Source of the DNA: the human T2T-CHM13v2.0 reference genome, Homo sapiens
Length of the DNA: 64,000 nt
Reading direction: 5' to 3' (one strand)
Assembly: GCF_009914755.1 (NCBI RefSeq)
Contig: NC_060928.1
Both the position numbers and the translations under genes were made by a program. This document shows positions 62,353 through 64,000 of the stretch, in pieces (positions within the stretch are counted from its first letter, which is position 1; each line of letters starts with the position of its first letter). Below the pieces are notes generated by a model. The model was not told where the DNA came from. It saw nothing but the letters and a program-made list of their open reading frames with translations, and made no database searches.

Positions 62353-63744
62353 TTTTTCATTGTTTTTTTAAATGACTTAGAGCTTTTATTTACCTAGTGA
62401 ATTTCCGATTCACTTGTACTTTATCAATTTGTGACTTTGCCAACTGGTGAGCTTTCATTTTAGGGCTTCGCTGAAGTTTTCTTGAGACAGGCTGTTATGA
62501 TAGCATCTCTAAGTGCTGCAATATGACAAGCTTCCAAGACAGTTGTAAAACAATTAAAATTGTCACTAAAATGTCTTGGCTGGAATTCATATTAACATGA
62601 ATAAAAGGAACTCAAGAGTCTCAAATGTTCTTACTTGAGTCTGTAGTGTTACTTGGTAAAGATTTTACGTTTTTTTCCCATCATATCAATCAATAGTAAA
62701 CCCCAATCCTTTCTTTTTGGACTGAGAAGTATGCAAGCATTTTCATACCACATGATATTATCTTTCCAAAAGCTACTTGTAGATGTAAAATAAAATCTGA
62801 ATTGTTTTATTTTGCTCATAGTTAGTAAATGACACATTCTGTGTCTGGGTGAAAATCTTTCTCTATAATAACCACTGATATCTTGAGATTGTAATATTTG
62901 TTACTAGTACCAAGACAGTTTCATAGGCACAATCTCTTCGACTGGCTCTTTTGCAGCTCTTTGGGACCCTTGAATAATATAGAGACAGAATCTTAGGAGA
63001 TGTTAGCAGTATCACAGGTCATACCTTATGACAAGCCTTAACAATAGTGTGTCAGGAGACTCTCATAAAAAATCATTAGATGGATACTTTAGCTGCAAAT
63101 TATTTCCTCTGGACACTGTTCTGTCCTCTTTATCCATCATCATAACAGTTTATATCACATAATGGTCAGCAAGAACTGTCAAAGGAGCAGATAGGTAGAT
63201 TACTGATGAATGCCTTTCCTGATATTCTCGTTTTTCCTATGACAGTCTGTGATCTGTGTTATCCCTGGTTAAGTTGTGGTTACTACCAACTCCAAATTCC
63301 AAATGATATTTCATATTCTGTGTGTTCCGCCAATGCCCAGTATTACATGGTATTAGGGGGAACATAATCCTTTGCTCAGCCAACTCCAGACAAAGTCTGC
63401 AGAGCTTCTCCTTGAGATGAGCAAACTTGGAATGTAAGGAAAGTTACTGTTCATCATAAACATTTTTAACTAGTGGAAAAAGATAACATAAAAGTCCATA
63501 TGCTTTCAGAAAGTAATTTTCATTGTGGAAGCTTCTGAGTAGGGCATACAAAGGAACATAAAACCTGGTGATGCCATGAAGCAGCTCTTTGCACAGTTGA
63601 CATCATTTCTCATAAAGTATTCCCTTTTAAGTCATCCACAGTAGAAATCACAAAAGAACAGAGATCAAGTACTGGTCTCGTTAGTCAGAGATTGTGGGTT
63701 CGTACCTCATTTGGTCTGGGATTTCTTAGTCACAGGGGTGTTTT
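62353..63744 (-). pseudogene. Endogenous bornavirus-like nucleoprotein element (EBLN-like), heavily decayed
   Basis: Colinear translated blocks resemble BoDV N / EBLN1 (references from memory): SCFMASPGFMFLCM, QTVIGKT, LPICSFDSSC, VQRK*FAAKVSI, ESPDTLL, SQRAAKEPVEEI, KLSWY**QI..I..Y..E, KIKQF, WYENACILLSPK, GKK..HYR; candidate AATAAA, A-tail and degenerate TSD. Confidence 0.78.
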
Positions 63745-63769
63745 AGAAGGACCATGTTTTAGAAGGACC

Positions 63770-63998
63770 CTGGAAGAACAGGGTTTTTGGATTCAACAGA
63801 CTTAGATTAAAATCACAACCCTAGCTAGCTCTTTTATCTCAGACAATTTAGTTAATATTTTGATTTCAGTTTTCTTATTTATAAAATTAAGATGATGATA
63901 TATACTTCTTAGGTTTGTTGTGAGGAAAAATTAAAAGAGTGTTGAAGAGCCTAGCCCACACCTGGCATACTGTCAGCACTCAGAAAATCATGGCTATT
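63770..63998 (+). mobile_element. MIR
   Basis: tcagttttcttatttataaaatt...ggtttgttgtgagg...cctggcatactgtcagcactca. Confidence 0.75.
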
Positions 63999-64000
63999 AT

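Noticed and set aside
62850-63650. Paramyxovirus N or filovirus NP as the source of the viral fossil (e.g. QNSVQRK*FAAKxYP ~ ENSIQNKFSAGSYP; TVLADH ~ TVLDH)
   Set aside because: These matches need many large deletions and frequent frame switching, whereas the bornavirus blocks keep near-native spacing and a single frame over the C-terminal half. They also show that by-eye matching can overfit, so an HMM test remains necessary.

Overview
AT-rich, repeat-dense human genomic DNA, intronic or intergenic. The species call rests on a consensus-like AluYb8 at 14251-14565. No intact cellular protein-coding gene is recognisable, and nearly all long ORFs in the track are broken LINE-1 ORF0/ORF1/ORF2 or Alu read-through. 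The window holds two full-length primate L1s (L1PA3-like 27741-33930, L1PA4-like 52629-58774) and a ~10 kb nested fossil: an MLT1 LTR split by a full-length L1MA10-like element that carries an AluJ, a 5'-inverted L1PA and an MLT2 LTR. It also holds many Alu, MIR, L2, MaLR and DNA-transposon relics. The main discovery is at 62.35-63.75 kb on the minus strand: a decayed, frameshifted coding sequence that aligns by eye, block after block and in register, to bornavirus nucleoprotein and human EBLN1. It has a candidate polyA signal, A-tail and degenerate TSD, which fits a retroposed endogenous bornavirus-like N element (EBLN). It carries an unexplained ~200-nt extra segment and lies just downstream of a CpG-rich LTR-like unit that points antisense into it. 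Two complex local template-switch scars (39.8-40.9 kb and 60.1-61.4 kb) are also clear. Reference sequences and repeat subfamily names are quoted from memory and need database confirmation.
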